NCBI GenBank assembly: GCA_036795335.1 | Contig: DAIREY010000001.1 | Location: forward strand, 1-34,228 | DNA from: Patescibacteria group bacterium | GTDB taxonomy: Bacteria; Patescibacteriota; JAHJAL01 | Length of the DNA: 34,228 nucleotides | Direction: 5' to 3' | Shown: positions 9,001 to 17,700 of the stretch, piece after piece | Layout: each line of letters begins with the position of its first letter | Position numbering within the stretch: the first letter of the stretch is position 1 | Notes under the pieces: generated by a model | Told to the model about the DNA's origin: nothing | The model's input: only the letters and a program-made list of their open reading frames with translations | The model's database searches: none | Translations under genes and position numbers: made by a program

Positions 9001-10518
9001 ACCGCTGGCAACGGACAAGATCGATTTGATCTTGTCGGAAAGCCCTTGCTCTCTGATGTATTGAATTCCTTTTTCATGAATTTGTTGATGACGACCGCCC
9101 TCAATAAATTTGACGTAGCCTTCGCACATCCATTCCGGAAAAGGAACGCCCGGATTGCTGCGAATAAAACGTTCGAAGTCTTGGAAAAACAATCTGCATT
9201 CCGGGACCATCCGACCTTTTTCGCCAGCTTTTTTGCCACTTTTCGGTGAGCCAATCTTGATGAGATTTGGCGTATAAGCGCCGGTAATTGTCGTGTTTCC
9301 ATTTACAATATTATCTTTTATGCTCGCACCAAAGTCTTTAATATTCGGGTTTTCACCTCTTTCCAGCCGGCCAAAGAACAAATCTGTTTGGCTCGGGTTG
9401 TTTGCCAGTTCTCGTTGTTCTTTGGTCAATGGATAACTGAATGATTGGCGGAATCGAAAGTCGATTTCGTATTCGTTGGTATTGATTGTCTTGGCCAGCT
9501 CGGGTTTTCTTTCTTGAAAAAAATTGTACAGTCTTTTTCTTAAAAACTGATTGAAATATCTTTTGCGAACATCTAAGTGGATACTTTCCGTTTCGTCTTT
9601 GTCGTATTTTTCCAAATATTTTTGGGCTTTTTGTACGGCATTTTTTCTAATTTCTTCTTTCTTTTCTTGCAAAAGTTTTTGTTTGTCGGCGGTATTGGTT
9701 TGGGCATCAATTAAAGATTGCGGGTAAGTTTTATTAACTTCTTGTTCGGCTTGGACCATAGTATCTTCAAATAAATTTGTGACATTTTGTCCATTTTTTC
9801 GATTTTTAAAATCAAAATATTTTAGAGTCAAAAGATCGATGTTGGCATTTATTTTCGACAATAACTCATTGGCTTTGTTCATAACCAATGAAGTTTCTTT
9901 TTCATCCAAATCAAAATTTATCGATTTGTCCTTTTCGGCCGGATTGAGTTTTGTAAACGCCAAAACACCTTGAGGCATCTTATGCCCTTTGGTTCCTTTG
10001 GTGTGTTTGAGAAATGTTTCAAAACTTGGTTTGTGATATTCACCGCCCAGTCGGCGAGACCAAATATTTAATTCTTTATATTCACAATTTTCCGGTTGCA
10101 AAATATGAATTATTTCATTAATTTTTTTCTCGTCGTTATTATCTATTACGTTGACAAAGGCATTGGACAATAGCCAGATGTTTTCCAAATTACCTTTGGT
10201 GACATCCAATTCGTTTGTCAAAGCATCGCCGCCGGTAAGCTCATTGATCCACCTGCTGTCATGAAAGTATAATCCTATTTCACTGAGTTTTGCTTCGGGA
10301 AATATTTGGTGAAAGGTTTTTATTTGCGCACAAGACAACAAGGTGCCGTTGACTCTTAAAAAGTCCGTGAGTTGTTTATCGTCATATTGATTTTCTTTAA
10401 TTTCCGGGTACCATTTTTTGAGCAGAGTTGTCTCAGCTTCCTCGTAATTGGCAGTTTTTTTGTGATTTAATTCTTGCAAACTTAATCTTTCTTTCTTGCT
10501 TATTTTGTCTTGGTCCAT
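3064..10518 (-). CDS. Giant protein 1 (2484 aa): conserved N-terminal module with a SAM-MTase-like fold, long helical repeat region, small C-terminal domain. Family unknown.
   Basis: Uninterrupted 7.4-kb ORF in AT-rich DNA. Paralogous to 14764..19416. No signal peptide or TM seen. Own promoter and terminator. Confidence 0.9.
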   Translation of the reverse strand: MDQDKISKKERLSLQELNHKKTANYEEAETTLLKKWYPEIKENQYDDKQLTDFLRVNGTLLSCAQIKTFHQIFPEAKLSEIGLYFHDSRWINELTGGDALTNELDVTKGNLENIWLLSNAFVNVIDNNDEKKINEIIHILQPENCEYKELNIWSRRLGGEYHKPSFETFLKHTKGTKGHKMPQGVLAFTKLNPAEKDKSINFDLDEKETSLVMNKANELLSKINANIDLLTLKYFDFKNRKNGQNVTNLFEDTMVQAEQEVNKTYPQSLIDAQTNTADKQKLLQEKKEEIRKNAVQKAQKYLEKYDKDETESIHLDVRKRYFNQFLRKRLYNFFQERKPELAKTINTNEYEIDFRFRQSFSYPLTKEQRELANNPSQTDLFFGRLERGENPNIKDFGASIKDNIVNGNTTITGAYTPNLIKIGSPKSGKKAGEKGRMVPECRLFFQDFERFIRSNPGVPFPEWMCEGYVKFIEGGRHQQIHEKGIQYIREQGLSDKIKSILSVASGPHEELRAYGQLLEKKEITALPEIYSLDFSPLMHQASRAQMKQKGLNIADCCTEYDIVGDARNFDLEKKDFDLIECSSWGDIAKYDKNENETVKQVWQRILDHLRVGGILKFSSYEMYSPEFIDILKNKLDLQILMYNQQHELSDKTDSKDLQQMGRVAFYAIKRRHISREEFEKETKNIRVYRDTRLYKEYIRRIRKLEKKKDYDGLRVLFFELFSLLSAAYDLNNLHDVMEFNKMVQYIDKVLKKPSVGDAIVETPVLIETNTDGLYDDYAGIKGTIDHDDHIPAKGDDHQPNATVEFTPENMGNIDNQEDFVPVFIMWAFDPQKYLDGVHITNDRFRLVLNSLAGKLTAAMCRELYVIYTNDKNLHQFLPEFYEIVKQTNRPELVIEANILNIIDPNSTLYSEILHMMSDNIDVYLPQLLSDCDADERNIMALWQKIDWNDENSIRALENFIFNNFNSAQFAKYKQLIFSRLTGKKLDLPVEMRFGNDSQYYFDFSKEAPATEKDFSQRELESILDRCEWDQQKAVFEKIIASLKNNYNQLLMEKLLKFLSRNHVLIKDDIARNWDQLSRLLRNLQDKSVTDVRKKEQILQLLAEYETNDEQKQLLLNELGNLQYEKIIRELEKHFLASGQKIDEASIKKILDRHILKFDTEGELIAKNHQLIEWIVTNLKSTTLSAGTKRTQLNNQIVEIVEKYYPDVYSNYLILKNKYYKSSQEGKIKLVEDMTAILESMEVNHPKYNEIIVGLLNFKIEKQDIDPNNGQMIKKYFYSAVKLINETETDEGVNQILGEKMNNLIDLLATKINNNHLLLDDQNVFEFVRHKASAKCQKIIFDWMKGKIEKGQDWQQIFGDLKPSCHHLDDLVKNLYDYFKTEDQKNSAQPDSAKNPTINYINEIKKLMQTLYLDMEKQYTKTGAKIDMNEISNRLARYTSYQEFNEWVGKNIHGSTYAESSLSKLQKLQNIIVDVMISDLPSVTLEQKEELVLNKLYIDNVNGRYLKALEYAKILKWADKFSNEEKINDYIRSIRFNIYHTQNDAYYTAIYNSNRYVRYMEMTIEKYNFSAKLVGKMYSQFKLTDEDYYLFVLKNPEILESEDVGNIFANSFSKYHFQEYIRDHALKKYTNDQLRLICKYSPASADELLGTCDLKKLPAEEKIELARMLIEQQIKGGNFDKFLDKLPKKTRNEIWYKGHIANNGPELIEKIKDLAKDQSEVVEIINCLHKEKLDQIIHNLEAFDPSIRGQIANICWTKSHIYWQNLHQLIEKGYLKFDDETILKRTINDNQFRKLVEDWIDNRDKLDKTLEYVDKESVSIILNKSAEFDQKDQTEVALKLIDKNLLSEKDFSSLLGQNIISLDKADVIKYAFDHQFTDTITSWMDCPEKIVKSLKYVNEDTAKIILDKITDEEELFAAEIIDKLEDKGLINKKNLEKVFYLRSDLLNHNQFFEKAIKYQISDLVFGAWADGDVTKCRKFIENKYPTQAPQKIQQINAVLNNAMLIGEFITNDFRAGNYKDELVDSTIYSVIRRHIQTEDKAKKLLKMNHQNATDLFIKTLSNFDAASKVNLIEEFIRETDKNSNDIQHEQLQKFLVEEVANNPEILSNILIYIYVLKSNICRHELMNRITKPEEVKVILDTTLNSFTAKIAINKLNLLSDQEQIIYFKKIADILPFDDLGIVEVLIDKPSLLEHLENDNMSKLFMSYLKPKPSQYKKVVIDLFAKNAGKSLAILAKYPDAKDVIFDALPHFATKEEQIEVLEKLLVVDNQLPCNKIITELLTANPQALRKPNILRYAIRANEKIVFDHVLNNNYKFIFDTEDWLIESRWKQDKKRYVYHVKHLNNDKAYIFLINGSNAAEFMSDEEQANFEILVEKSNNGDWPVARLRYKFELPGAKIKPTSFAWRRDANNNDKIIGIDVNFPVRGFIPLNQLTSQIKTELGLNTKNEQDNDFMYDMKDNLGNFIRKVELVRFNGQNRWVMNIVE
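4621..5127 (-). repeat. Two tandem 84-85 aa protein repeats within giant protein 1
   Basis: WIDNRDKLDKTLEYVDKESVSIILNKSAEF...LKLIDKNLL aligns with WMDCPEKIVKSLKYVNEDTAKIILDKITDE...EIIDKLEDKGLI. Confidence 0.6.
8590..9030 (-). other. Class-I SAM-dependent methyltransferase-like domain inside giant protein 1
   Basis: ILSVASGPHEE (motif I-like), IYSLDFSPLM (acidic end of beta2), FDLIECSSW (beta4), LRVGGILKF (post-II), in canonical order and spacing. Confidence 0.6.
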
Positions 10519-10551
10519 GGCAAATATATATGAAAAAATAAATTCCCAAAA

Positions 10552-10580
10552 AATATATCATCAAATACCTAAAAAGTCAA
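10552..10580 (-). promoter_or_regulatory. Sigma70-like promoter of giant ORF 1
   Basis: Minus strand TTGACT (10580..10575), 17 nt, TATATT (10557..10552). The ATG lies about 34 nt downstream, with no SD. Confidence 0.55.
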
Positions 10581-10592
10581 CCGCTATTTTAC

Positions 10593-10617
10593 AAAAAAAT
10601 AGCAGCCGAAGCTGCTA
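10593..10617 (-). terminator. Intrinsic terminator of the 148-aa gene
   Basis: Minus strand tagcagc-ttcg-gctgcta followed by ttttttt. Confidence 0.7.
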
Positions 10618-10629
10618 ATTAAAATATTT

Positions 10630-11076
10630 TTAAAAACTGGAAATGTGACCAATGTATTTTATTTCCAGCATTGATTCCTCTCCGGTCTTTCCAAACCCCA
10701 GAGAGTTTGACAATTTTGTTTTTTCATTTTTGTCAAAGAATTCACCTACTTTGGCCTTTCTTTGACCCTCAGAAATATACCAGTCGATTATCGTCGCGGT
10801 TTCAATCTTAATTCCGCAACTTGCAGTATAAATATGCAGATATTTGCTACCTCGATGACTGGGATAGCAAACTACATAATTTTTTTCCGATGGTTTACTT
10901 GTATCATCAGGTGTAGAAGATTTGCTTTTATTTATCATTGCAAAAATCTTCTTGGACAACTTTGTTTTATGCTCAGCGATATCCCAATGTTTTACTTTTC
11001 CGAGCATAATCACTTTTTTTAATTCTGGTATATACCAGATTTGTCCCTTAAAGGCATCTGTGACGTCGTCTTTCAT
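10630..11076 (-). CDS. Hypothetical protein (148 aa)
   Basis: Strong SD (AAAGGGGGCAATGACAA-ATG), own terminator, no recognisable motif. Confidence 0.7.
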   Translation of the reverse strand: MKDDVTDAFKGQIWYIPELKKVIMLGKVKHWDIAEHKTKLSKKIFAMINKSKSSTPDDTSKPSEKNYVVCYPSHRGSKYLHIYTASCGIKIETATIIDWYISEGQRKAKVGEFFDKNEKTKLSNSLGFGKTGEESMLEIKYIGHISSF

Positions 11077-11176
11077 TTGTCATTGCCCCCTTTTTTTTTA
11101 AAAATTCAGATGTTTGCACACTGTCAAGATATACAAAATATCAATAATAGTCAATGATTTCATTACACGATTCAAT

Positions 11177-11214
11177 AAAAAACAAAATAGCCTATTATTT
11201 GCATAATAAGCTAT
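11177..11214 (-). terminator. Intrinsic terminator of the 290-aa gene
   Basis: Minus strand atagcttattat-gcaa-ataataggctat followed by tttgtttttt. Confidence 0.65.
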
Positions 11215-11228
11215 TTAAAAAATGGTCG

Positions 11229-12092
11229 CTATTTTAGTTTTCCGAGCATCTGTTTGCTTTCGGCAATCAACGTCTCGAAAAATTTCTTTTTGAAAATATC
11301 CAAATTATCCTCCACCTCCTCGATAGTCAAATCCCTGGTGGGATTTTTTTCTATAACAGGAGGGGGTGAAGTTGTTGTTTCGACTTTAATTGGCAACGAT
11401 TCACCGCGGACAATACTGATGATTTCATCGTCAGTAAAATCATAAGTCTCGCCCTCTTCATTTTGCCATTCGATTTTCTTGCTTACCGGTTTATTTTCGG
11501 GAATATTATCAATAACCGTATCGATAATATTAACCCGAAAGTCGTCAGCGTTGTTGCTTGATAGAAAATCAAACAACTTGCTGCGAGTAAGCAACATCGG
11601 TTCAAGGTCTTTTTGGTTTACAAAGACCACCTCGAACTGATTTTTCTCTTTTCTCGGTTTGCACTTGTTGATGATGCCGAATTTATACATTTTTTGCATA
11701 AATTGGCATAATTCAACCGTCCTTTTGTCTGAGACGAAATAAGAATTTATTTCGTCAGCGCTTGGCATCTGATGGAAATTTTTACCCCAACCAATCACTC
11801 GCAGGTAAAAATTCTTTTCCATTTTGTCGATATCTCTTTTTGGCTGCAAAGTGATTTTTTCGGTTTCTTTGCAGTCTTTGAGAGTTTCATTGACGATATT
11901 CGTTACATAGCGGATATCCATCTTGATACAATCCGCTAGCAACAAACCCAGGAATCTCTCCTCGATTTCTCTTGGAAAGACTTTCTTAACTGGACGGGTG
12001 AGATATTCTCCCGCCTCCAAAAACGAGAGCATATATTTTAAATTTTTCTCAACGATGCTTTTGTAAGCATCGATCTTCTTTACAACTTCCAT
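11229..12092 (-). CDS. Hypothetical protein (about 287 aa)
   Basis: TAAGGAGGT SD lies 9 nt before ATG 12092 (MEVVKK...). The ORF-track TTG at 12101 is too close to the SD. No recognisable motif. Confidence 0.75.
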   Translation of the reverse strand: MEVVKKIDAYKSIVEKNLKYMLSFLEAGEYLTRPVKKVFPREIEERFLGLLLADCIKMDIRYVTNIVNETLKDCKETEKITLQPKRDIDKMEKNFYLRVIGWGKNFHQMPSADEINSYFVSDKRTVELCQFMQKMYKFGIINKCKPRKEKNQFEVVFVNQKDLEPMLLTRSKLFDFLSSNNADDFRVNIIDTVIDNIPENKPVSKKIEWQNEEGETYDFTDDEIISIVRGESLPIKVETTTSPPPVIEKNPTRDLTIEEVEDNLDIFKKKFFETLIAESKQMLGKLK

Positions 12093-12149
12093 TAATATCA
12101 AACCTCCTTAAATTTTTAATATTGCAAATTTTACTAAAAATTGTAAATA

Positions 12150-12163
12150 ACAAACGTGTTTGT
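12150..12163. promoter_or_regulatory. Palindrome ACAAAC-GT-GTTTGT in the divergent 290-aa/uvrB control region
   Basis: Perfect 6+6 inverted repeat, flanked by direct repeats ATTGCAA(A)TTTTACT at 12121..12135 and 12254..12267. Confidence 0.4.
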
Positions 12164-12196
12164 GTCAATAACAATTCTCCTCCTTTTTGAAAACCA

Positions 12197-12226
12197 TTGA
12201 CAATATGTAAAAAATAATGTTAGTGT
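12197..12226 (+). promoter_or_regulatory. Possible uvrB promoter
   Basis: TTGACA (12197..12202), 18 nt, TAGTGT (12221..12226). The -10 is weak. Confidence 0.35.
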
Positions 12227-12268
12227 AAAATTTGGTATAAATATTTTTTTACAATTGCAATTTTACTC

Positions 12269-14275
12269 ATGTCCAATCAATTCAAACTAAAATCTCCCTA
12301 TACGCCGACCGGTGATCAACCGCAAGCGATCGCCCAATTGGTGCAAGGTATAAACAAAAAACAAAAATTTCAAACTCTGAAAGGAGTGACCGGTAGCGGT
12401 AAAACTTTTGCCATGGCCAATATTATCGCCCAAATCCAAAAACCAACTTTGATCATTGCTCACAACAAAACCTTAGCAGCTCAGTTGGCGCAGGAATTCA
12501 AAGAATTTTTTCCGGAAAACGCCGTTCATTATTTTGTCAGCTATTATGATTATTATCAACCGGAAGCATATATTCCATCCACCGACACCTACATTGAAAA
12601 AGATTCATCTATCAATGAAGAAATTGATAAGCTGCGCCACGCCGCCACTTCCAGTCTATTGCTCCGCCAGGACGTAATTGTGGTAGCTTCGGTGTCTTGT
12701 ATCTACGGCATTGGCAGTCCGGAATTATACAAAAAGACCAGCATTCCTATCAGCCGTGGTCAAAAAATCAATCGTAACGACCTTGTCCGCCGGTTGATTG
12801 ATATCCAATATCAAAGAAATGACATTGATTATCATCGCGGCACTTTCCGAGTTCGTGGCGATATTTTGGAAATATGGCCACCGTATGAAAACAACGGATT
12901 TATGATCGATTTCTTTGGCAACACAATTGATTCCATCAAACAAATCGATGGACTGACCGGGGAAATAATGGCGGTTCATGAAAGCACAATGATTTTTCCC
13001 GCCAAACATTTTGTGACTGCCAAAGAAGATATCGCGGCGATATGTGACCAGATCCGCGCCGACCAAAAAAAAGAAGTGTCTATTTTACAGCAACAAAATA
13101 AATTAATTGAGGCACAACGACTGGAGCAACGAGTAAATTTTGATTTGGAAATGATCAAAGAAACCGGATATTGCAATGGAATAGAGAACTATTCGCGCTA
13201 TTTTGATCATCGTCGGCCCGGCCAAGCACCCAATGTCTTGCTGGATTTTTTTCCCAAAGATTACTTGATGTTTATCGATGAATCGCATATCACCGTGCCA
13301 CAAATCGGCGCCATGTTCAATGGCGACAAAGCACGCAAAGACATGCTGACCACACACGGCTTTCGACTGCAAGCCGCTTATGACAATCGGCCACTTAATT
13401 TTGCTGAATTTGAGTCGAAGATAAATCAAGTAATTTTCACTTCGGCCACTCCCAGCGAATATGAAAAACAACATTCCAAATACATGGTTGAACAAATCAT
13501 TCGTCCTACCGGTTTGTTGGATCCGCCGATTGAGGTGCGTCCCGCCACCGGCCAAATCGACGACTTGATCGCCGAAATCCGTTCGACAGTCAAAGCCAAA
13601 CATCGCGTGCTGGTGACGACTCTGACCAAGCGTCTGGCAGAAGAATTGACCGAATACCTACAAGAGATAAACATTAAAGTCCAATATTTGCATAGCGACG
13701 TGGATACGGTAGAACGAATTGAAATATTACGTGATTTACGATTGGGAAAATACGATGTCTTGGTAGGAATAAATTTGTTACGAGAAGGACTGGATTTACC
13801 GGAGGTTACTCTGGTGGCTATTCTTGATGCTGATAAAGAGGGTTTTTTGCGATCGGAAACAGCCTTGATCCAAACCATCGGTCGGGCCGCCCGCCACGTC
13901 GAAGGTCATGTCATCATGTATGCCGACAAAATCACACGTAGTATGCAAGCAGCCATCGACGAAACTAACCGCCGTCGCGACATCCAATCCGCTTATAATA
14001 AAGAACATGATATCACTCCACAAACAATTGAATCCAAGATCAAAGAAATGGGACTGACTTCCAAAAAATCCAAAGAAAAACAAAAACGTTATGGCCAGCC
14101 GATTGACTGGGAGCAGATTGATGAATATACCCCGGACGCGATTGACCGACTGATTGCCACCAAAGAGAAAGAGATGGATTTGGCCGCCCGCAATCTCGAA
14201 TTCGAAAAAGCGGCCGAAATCCGTGATGACGTGGAAGAACTAATTTTGATTAAGAAAAATAAAAATAGAAAATAG
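12269..14275 (+). CDS. uvrB: Excinuclease ABC subunit B (UvrB)
   Basis: PTGDQPQAI, Walker A GVTGSGKT, YVSYYDYYQPEAY, DESH box (IDESHIT), helicase C motifs (LREGLDLPEV, QTIGRAAR), and C-terminal UVR motif EFEKAAEIRD. Confidence 0.97.
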   Translation: MSNQFKLKSPYTPTGDQPQAIAQLVQGINKKQKFQTLKGVTGSGKTFAMANIIAQIQKPTLIIAHNKTLAAQLAQEFKEFFPENAVHYFVSYYDYYQPEAYIPSTDTYIEKDSSINEEIDKLRHAATSSLLLRQDVIVVASVSCIYGIGSPELYKKTSIPISRGQKINRNDLVRRLIDIQYQRNDIDYHRGTFRVRGDILEIWPPYENNGFMIDFFGNTIDSIKQIDGLTGEIMAVHESTMIFPAKHFVTAKEDIAAICDQIRADQKKEVSILQQQNKLIEAQRLEQRVNFDLEMIKETGYCNGIENYSRYFDHRRPGQAPNVLLDFFPKDYLMFIDESHITVPQIGAMFNGDKARKDMLTTHGFRLQAAYDNRPLNFAEFESKINQVIFTSATPSEYEKQHSKYMVEQIIRPTGLLDPPIEVRPATGQIDDLIAEIRSTVKAKHRVLVTTLTKRLAEELTEYLQEINIKVQYLHSDVDTVERIEILRDLRLGKYDVLVGINLLREGLDLPEVTLVAILDADKEGFLRSETALIQTIGRAARHVEGHVIMYADKITRSMQAAIDETNRRRDIQSAYNKEHDITPQTIESKIKEMGLTSKKSKEKQKRYGQPIDWEQIDEYTPDAIDRLIATKEKEMDLAARNLEFEKAAEIRDDVEELILIKKNKNRK

Positions 14276-14312
14276 ATATATTAATGAAAACTAAATAATT
14301 ATTGCATAACCA

Positions 14313-14341
14313 TTGACAAATATATAATCTATGTCTACAAT
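14313..14341 (+). promoter_or_regulatory. Sigma70-like promoter of the 108-aa gene
   Basis: TTGACA (14313..14318), 17 nt, TACAAT (14336..14341). Confidence 0.6.
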
Positions 14342-14387
14342 CTAGACATTAATTTTGAAAATTTAAAAAGAAAGGAAGATGATATAA

Positions 14388-14714
14388 ATGGCTATAGACA
14401 GTAATGTCATTATTGCTGGATTTCAGAATGCCATCATAAAAATCGGAGGACACCTGCAAGTCCTCCCCGATATAGTTAATGGTATATCGGAGATAAAGAG
14501 TCTTTTGAATCAGTTAATACAAAATTCAAAAGATCAGTTACCAAGCCATGCTGATCAAAATGGCAAAAGCTATATTGACAGCGTGATGGAAAAAATGACC
14601 CAAACGGGTCAAGTCTATTCCGAAAACCTGGCGCTCAAAAAACATAATCATGAGCTCCAGGAAAAAATCAAACTCCTCGAACAGGAAATCGAAAAATTGA
14701 AAAAAGAGGAGTAA
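14388..14714 (+). CDS. Small coiled-coil protein (108 aa)
   Basis: SD AAAGGAAG 9 nt before the ATG. C-terminal heptad-like LQEKIKLLEQEIEKLKKEE. Own promoter and terminator. Confidence 0.75.
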   Translation: MAIDSNVIIAGFQNAIIKIGGHLQVLPDIVNGISEIKSLLNQLIQNSKDQLPSHADQNGKSYIDSVMEKMTQTGQVYSENLALKKHNHELQEKIKLLEQEIEKLKKEE

Positions 14715-14720
14715 AAAAGT

Positions 14721-14762
14721 AAAATCTCAATGATATTAAATTATGTCATTGAGATTTTTTTT
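14721..14762. terminator. Bidirectional intrinsic terminator between the 108-aa gene and giant ORF 2
   Basis: aaaatctcaatga...tcattgagatttt: 13-bp stem followed by a T-run, with an A-run on the left for the minus strand. Confidence 0.8.
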
Positions 14763-14763
14763 G

Positions 14764-17700
14764 TTATTTCGTTACCTTGAAAATCCAATTTCCGTCATTA
14801 TCCAATTTTTCATATCTAAGTTTTATAGCATTCAAAGAAGCAATATAGCCTTTCGATCGGATATCATCCAAGAATTTTTCCGGAAAATCATCGCGATGGA
14901 TAAAGCCAAGTCGTTTATTGTTGTCTCTGGCTTCCAATCCGCATACCGTTCCATGCTCATCTAAGGTCAAATAACAATCATTATTACATATATCGACAGT
15001 TGTATTAATTAATTTTCTTTTGTCTAATAAATTAACTCCTATGTCTGAAGAATTTTTCAGAATAACTTGTAGTTCATAATATTTTTTATCTTCGGATTTA
15101 ATTTTGCAAAAACTGTCTTCTCCATTAAAAATTTTTACTACTCTTTTACCCCCCTCCGGCCGTTTCAAGTAATAATTATTTTTTCCTATTTTTTCTATAT
15201 CCCAATCTTTTAGATTCAAAACCAGCTTGTTTTTTAGCGCGATATAAAATAAATCTTTTGGACAAAAATCTGTCAGGCAACTAAAGCTTTCGGGATAGAT
15301 TTGCAGGCTAGGATTATTTGCTGCCACTCTCATAAAGAATGATCTTGTGTGTTTGTTGTAATGTTTTTTGAACAATTGAGCGAAAATATTAGATCTTAAT
15401 GAATTTTCTTGTTTATGAATGACCAAAAATAATGCTAGTGTTAATCCTTTTTCTCCTTGATCGGCCAGATACAAGATATCATCAGTAGAGTGAATATCTA
15501 ATAGTATCGCCACATCTATTGCTTGATTGTTGTAGTTCATCGCTTTACGCAAAATTGTGCTATTATGAACTGCTTTGGGGAAAGCAGAGATGAAATGTAA
15601 AAATTTCTGTTGGTCAAAGTCTCGCAATGTATTCTGTAAAATTTTGGTTGCCGTTTTGTTGTCACAATTACTTATCATGCTGATTTTTTCAAAATTTTCT
15701 CCTACCCAATCAACTACCTGTGCCAAATTTTTAATCGATAAAATTTCTTGGCCGATCAGTATATTTGTTGTTTCTTTGTGCAACAATAAATCCATATTAT
15801 TGATCATTAAATTATTAATTTCAACAATATCGAATTGTGCTTTTACTTTCCAATTTTTGTCCGATGTGGATCTGGTAATCTTTCTCGCCAAAAACATTAT
15901 TTTGCGGTAGTCACTGGGATATTTTTCCAAAATTAGTTCTAATATTACATTATCAAACTCGTCTATTTTGGCTGTCGTTGGATCGTCCAAATTATTTTCC
16001 TGATAGCTCAAATATCTACCGGCCAAAAAATCGATCAATTCTGAATCATCCGACATTAATTTATTGAATTCATCAGTGACAACTTCTCTATCGATTACAT
16101 TATTACTTTTTTCTAAATGATTAATTTTGAAATCATTATATTTTTTTATCATGATTTCCATTTCAATTTTGTGAATTTTATTTTGAATCTCATCCAAATA
16201 GCCGCTATCCTGAAAAAAATATTTCTCCACAAATTTATATGCTTTCAATTTATTTGAGTTTTCCAAATTTTCCACCAACAATCCAAAACTGGTCACAAAA
16301 TTATCTACACTATCTGATGATGGTTTTTCGTTCTCAAAGATATTTATCATCTTTATAAAGTAATTTTTCAAGTCATCGGGCAAATCTTCGGAATTAGTCA
16401 TTTTTAAGACTTGTTGATTGTAAATACGTTTACTGAATATATCCAACAAATCACCTTTCAATAACTTATTTGGTATATTAATATTTATATTTTTCGGAGC
16501 ATTATTCATGATTATTCTGGCATATTTAGTCATATTTTTTTCATCAGTTTTTTCCGCCAAAAATTTATTGACTAATTCAACCGTATTATTATTTAACCAA
16601 TCAATATTCTGGATATAGGCTTTCTTAATTTCCTCATCGATATTTGAACTAAACAAAACATCAGCCAAAAATAATTCCGGAAACTTCAACATCATCTGCC
16701 AAACTTTCTTTCTTAATTCATTATTGCCTTTTACCAACGGCCATATTCGCGCATCATACACTAACTGAATTCTATCCACCGAATTTTCAATCAAACTCAT
16801 TATTTCCGGAAGCAAAACGGCTAATTTGCTATTTTCCAAACATTTTTGATACAATTTTTGGCAAGATTTCAGATCCAAATAGCCCACCAATTCGGTCAGC
16901 ATCACTTTTATCTGGTCCAAACTCAAGGAGTCACTTTGTACATGTAATTCAATATTCTTAATCGCTTCCAAATATATTTGAATTTTTACTTGTTCGGCTT
17001 TTTTATCCTTGCGCTTTTTTTGCTGCTTCCAATCTTGGCGAAAATCATTGATTGCGTTTAGTAAATTTGACAATTCGTTTGCTTCTTTTTCCAAACCTCT
17101 TTTTTGGCACTCGGTGCGATAAATAACAATCGATAATTCCAAATATTTCAAATTTTCCAAGTCTTCCTTGGCAAATAGTTTTGTTATTTCTTTGTAAAAA
17201 ATATCATGCAAATTGTTATCATCATAAATTTTGACATGGCTCATTTTCTGCTCATATTCAGCTAGCGAAACATCTCTGGTCTTAATTCCCTTGAACCAAA
17301 CGCGCGGTTTATCAATTCTTTTTTGTTGATCTTTGTGATTGCTATATTTCTCATCAATGTTGTATTCCAAAATTTTCATATCCAAATCATTGGTCAAGAC
17401 ATCGATAAACTGTTGGTTGTATCTTTTGTAACTATAAAAACGGATAATACCGCCATTTTTTAAATGTTGCAGTGATTTGTACCACATCTTTTTTACCACT
17501 TCTTCTTCGTTCTTGTTGCCATGGGTATCTTTCGAGAATTGAGCAATATCATCCCAACTGGAGCATTCAATCATGTCAAAATCTTTTTCTGACAAATCAA
17601 AGTTTTGCGCATTGGTATTTGGCAAATCTATGCCTTTATCAAAAATGTCCAATCCATTTTCTCTCATTTGTTCTCGACTAGAGGAGAGCATAGATTCTGA

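Noticed and set aside
8590-9030. The giant proteins as BREX/DISARM/Type II-like DNA methyltransferases, i.e. a defence system
   Set aside because: There is no (N/D)PP(Y/F/W) catalytic motif, and no target-recognition, helicase, nuclease, PglZ or ATPase motifs in or next to the ORFs. The motif pattern fits small-molecule, protein or RNA MTase folds better.
12725-13878. Minus-strand ORFs of 113-166 aa overlapping uvrB
   Set aside because: They sit inside a confidently identified uvrB coding region. They are shadow ORFs in the relatively GC-richer gene.
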